A stretch of DNA of 64,000 nt from Azolla caroliniana (Eukaryota; Plantae; Polypodiophyta): contig JBHGNT010000022.1 of assembly GCA_043228905.1 (NCBI GenBank), positions 3,658,001 to 3,722,000 on the forward strand. Reading direction: 5' to 3'. A program made the translations under genes and the position numbers. Position 1 is the first letter of the stretch; the number at the start of each line of letters is the position of its first letter. The notes beneath the pieces were generated by a model. The model made no database searches. It was not told the origin of the DNA and saw only the letters and a program-made list of their open reading frames with translations. Below, one piece after another: positions 62,301-64,000 of this stretch.

Positions 62301-64000
62301 CGGTCTAGATGGGGCATCCACGTACACGGTCGTAACCGGAGGAATGAAGAAAGAATACCGAAAAGTGGAGGATAAGTTACGGTCGGCATCAATAATAAAA
62401 GAAGATGAAGAAATCGTGGGAATAGTTGAAGAAGTGTTCTATGGGACCACGTTACAACGGCTTGAAGAGCTCGCGGAAGATACAAGCCAGGGAAACCGGG
62501 TAATTCCGGTGGAATCGGTCGAGATGTACGAGATCATTGCGAAAATGGGGCCGGATGCGCTCCGCAAAGAAGAAGCAATGGTAAGTATGAAATACAAGAC
62601 CGTGGAGAAGAAGGTGAAACCAACCGCGGGACCGTTACCCGCCGATAGCGAACAAAAGAGGAAAGAAGTCTCGGGGGATCCGACACTTCGGAAGTCCATG
62701 GATATTGGACATGCCTTCATGGATGACAACCGGAAGAAACTTCGGATCGGTGGTGGGTTCCTATTAAAGAATGAAGAAGAACGATTCCGTGGGATGCTAG
62801 AGCGACATGGGAGAGCATTTGCATTTACATCGAAAGAAAGAGGATGCGCTGACCCGAAGATAGTGGAGTCGATGGTGATCTTCATGATTGACCATGTGTC
62901 GTGGAACCTGAAGCCGATTCCGGTGCCACGGGCACATATTTTGAAAATCATCGACTTGCTCAAGGAGAAGGTGGCGATGGGGATTCTAGAGCCATCAAAT
63001 GCTCTGTACTCAAATCAATGGTTTACGGTTCCGAAGAAGAATGGGTCACTCTGATTTATCCAAGACTTGCAACCGGTGAACAAGGTCACGATCCGGAACT
63101 CCGGAGTCGGTCCGATAGTGGACGAATTTGCGGAAGCATTTGCCGGTCATGCGATATACTCTATCGGATACCTCTACTCGGGGTATGACCAATTCCAACT
63201 AGCCGTGGAGAGCCGAGACATCACTACCATGCAGACACCGATAGGATTAGTCCATATGTGTACGCTACCACAAGGCGCGACGAACTCGGTCGCACATATG
63301 ATGAATGCAATGAACAAGGTGCTTCGAGACTGCATTCCGGAGATAATGATGCCGTTCCTAGATGACATTCCGATGAAAGGATGCACGGTAGAAGAAAAAG
63401 ATGAAACTATGGATGATCGAGGATGCCGAAAGTTCGTAGTCGACCATATTCGTGATTGCGAGAAAGAGCTTCGAAAGTTAGAAGATGTGCACCTAACACT
63501 TTCCAGGGAGAAATCGGCATTCAGGCAAGAAGAAATATTGGTAGTTGGACATCTATGTGGGCCCTACGGCCAAAGACCGTCACCGACCAAGATCAATGCA
63601 GTTCAAGCTATGAAAGAAATATGTGAGTCACAATCCGAAGGTTTCTCGGAGCATGTGCATTCTACCACATAAGGATTCCACACTATGCACATATTGCAGA
63701 CCCACTCTATCACTTGTGGCGGAAGGGTAAGAAGTTTGAATGGAAACTGGAGCATACCAAAGCCGTGAAGAAGATCAAGAAATCACTACGAAGGGCAAAA
63801 GCACTAAAGAAGTCGAACTATGACCGACCGATCATAGTAACGGTTGACACAAGTCCAACCGGAATTAGATGGGTCATCAATCAAGTCGATCCGGATGGTT
63901 CGCGATATCCGATCCGATTCTGAGGAAAGGTTCTCAACGAAAGGCAACGCGGATATGTACAAGTCAAAAGAGAATTACGGGGAGTTGTGTCGGCAATCAA
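59400..64000 (+). mobile_element. Non-chromoviral Gypsy element C with tRNA-Trp PBS (5' LTR 59400-60129), runs off the window
   Basis: LTR TGTCGT...ACGACA; PBS TGGTGAACCCGACGTGAA (60134-60151) complementary to the plant tRNA-Trp 3' end; gag from about 60168; protease LIDHGSEIN; RT LYSGYDQ, LPQGATNS, FLDD; RNase H VTVDTS. Confidence 0.92.
59513..59566 (-). promoter_or_regulatory. tRNA-like A-box/B-box cassette in LTR of element C
   Basis: Minus strand TAGTAAAATGG-N32-GGTTTGAATCC. Confidence 0.6.

Overview
Repeat-dense eukaryotic DNA from a land plant, probably a non-seed plant such as a fern or lycophyte (inferred from the Tcn1/sushi-like and tRNA-Trp-primed Gypsy elements). No intact host protein gene was found. 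Positions 1-46611 are a tandem array of 28 minus-strand tRNA-Ile(AAU) genes and pseudogenes (27 complete, 1 cut by the window edge) in 624-982 bp AT-rich units. Four insertions interrupt the array: (i) an LTR fragment; (ii) a 15.8-kb transposase-less TIR element with an 8-bp TSD that carries an RPS8 retrocopy and a SAM-synthetase fragment and holds a full chromoviral Gypsy element and two LINE copies; (iii) a Gypsy-like 3' fragment; (iv) a degenerate LINE containing a solo LTR. Positions 46612-64000 are a four-level nest of Copia and Gypsy elements. The most unusual signals: three unrelated Gypsy LTRs each carry an outward-facing A-box/B-box (Pol III) cassette with tRNA spacing; two of them also have perfect heat-shock elements and a probable self-priming site; the tRNA array has a fixed T-stem mismatch, lacks a nearby Pol III terminator in the units checked, and is layered with older units outside and younger units inside. 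All coordinates were read by hand and may be off by a few bases.
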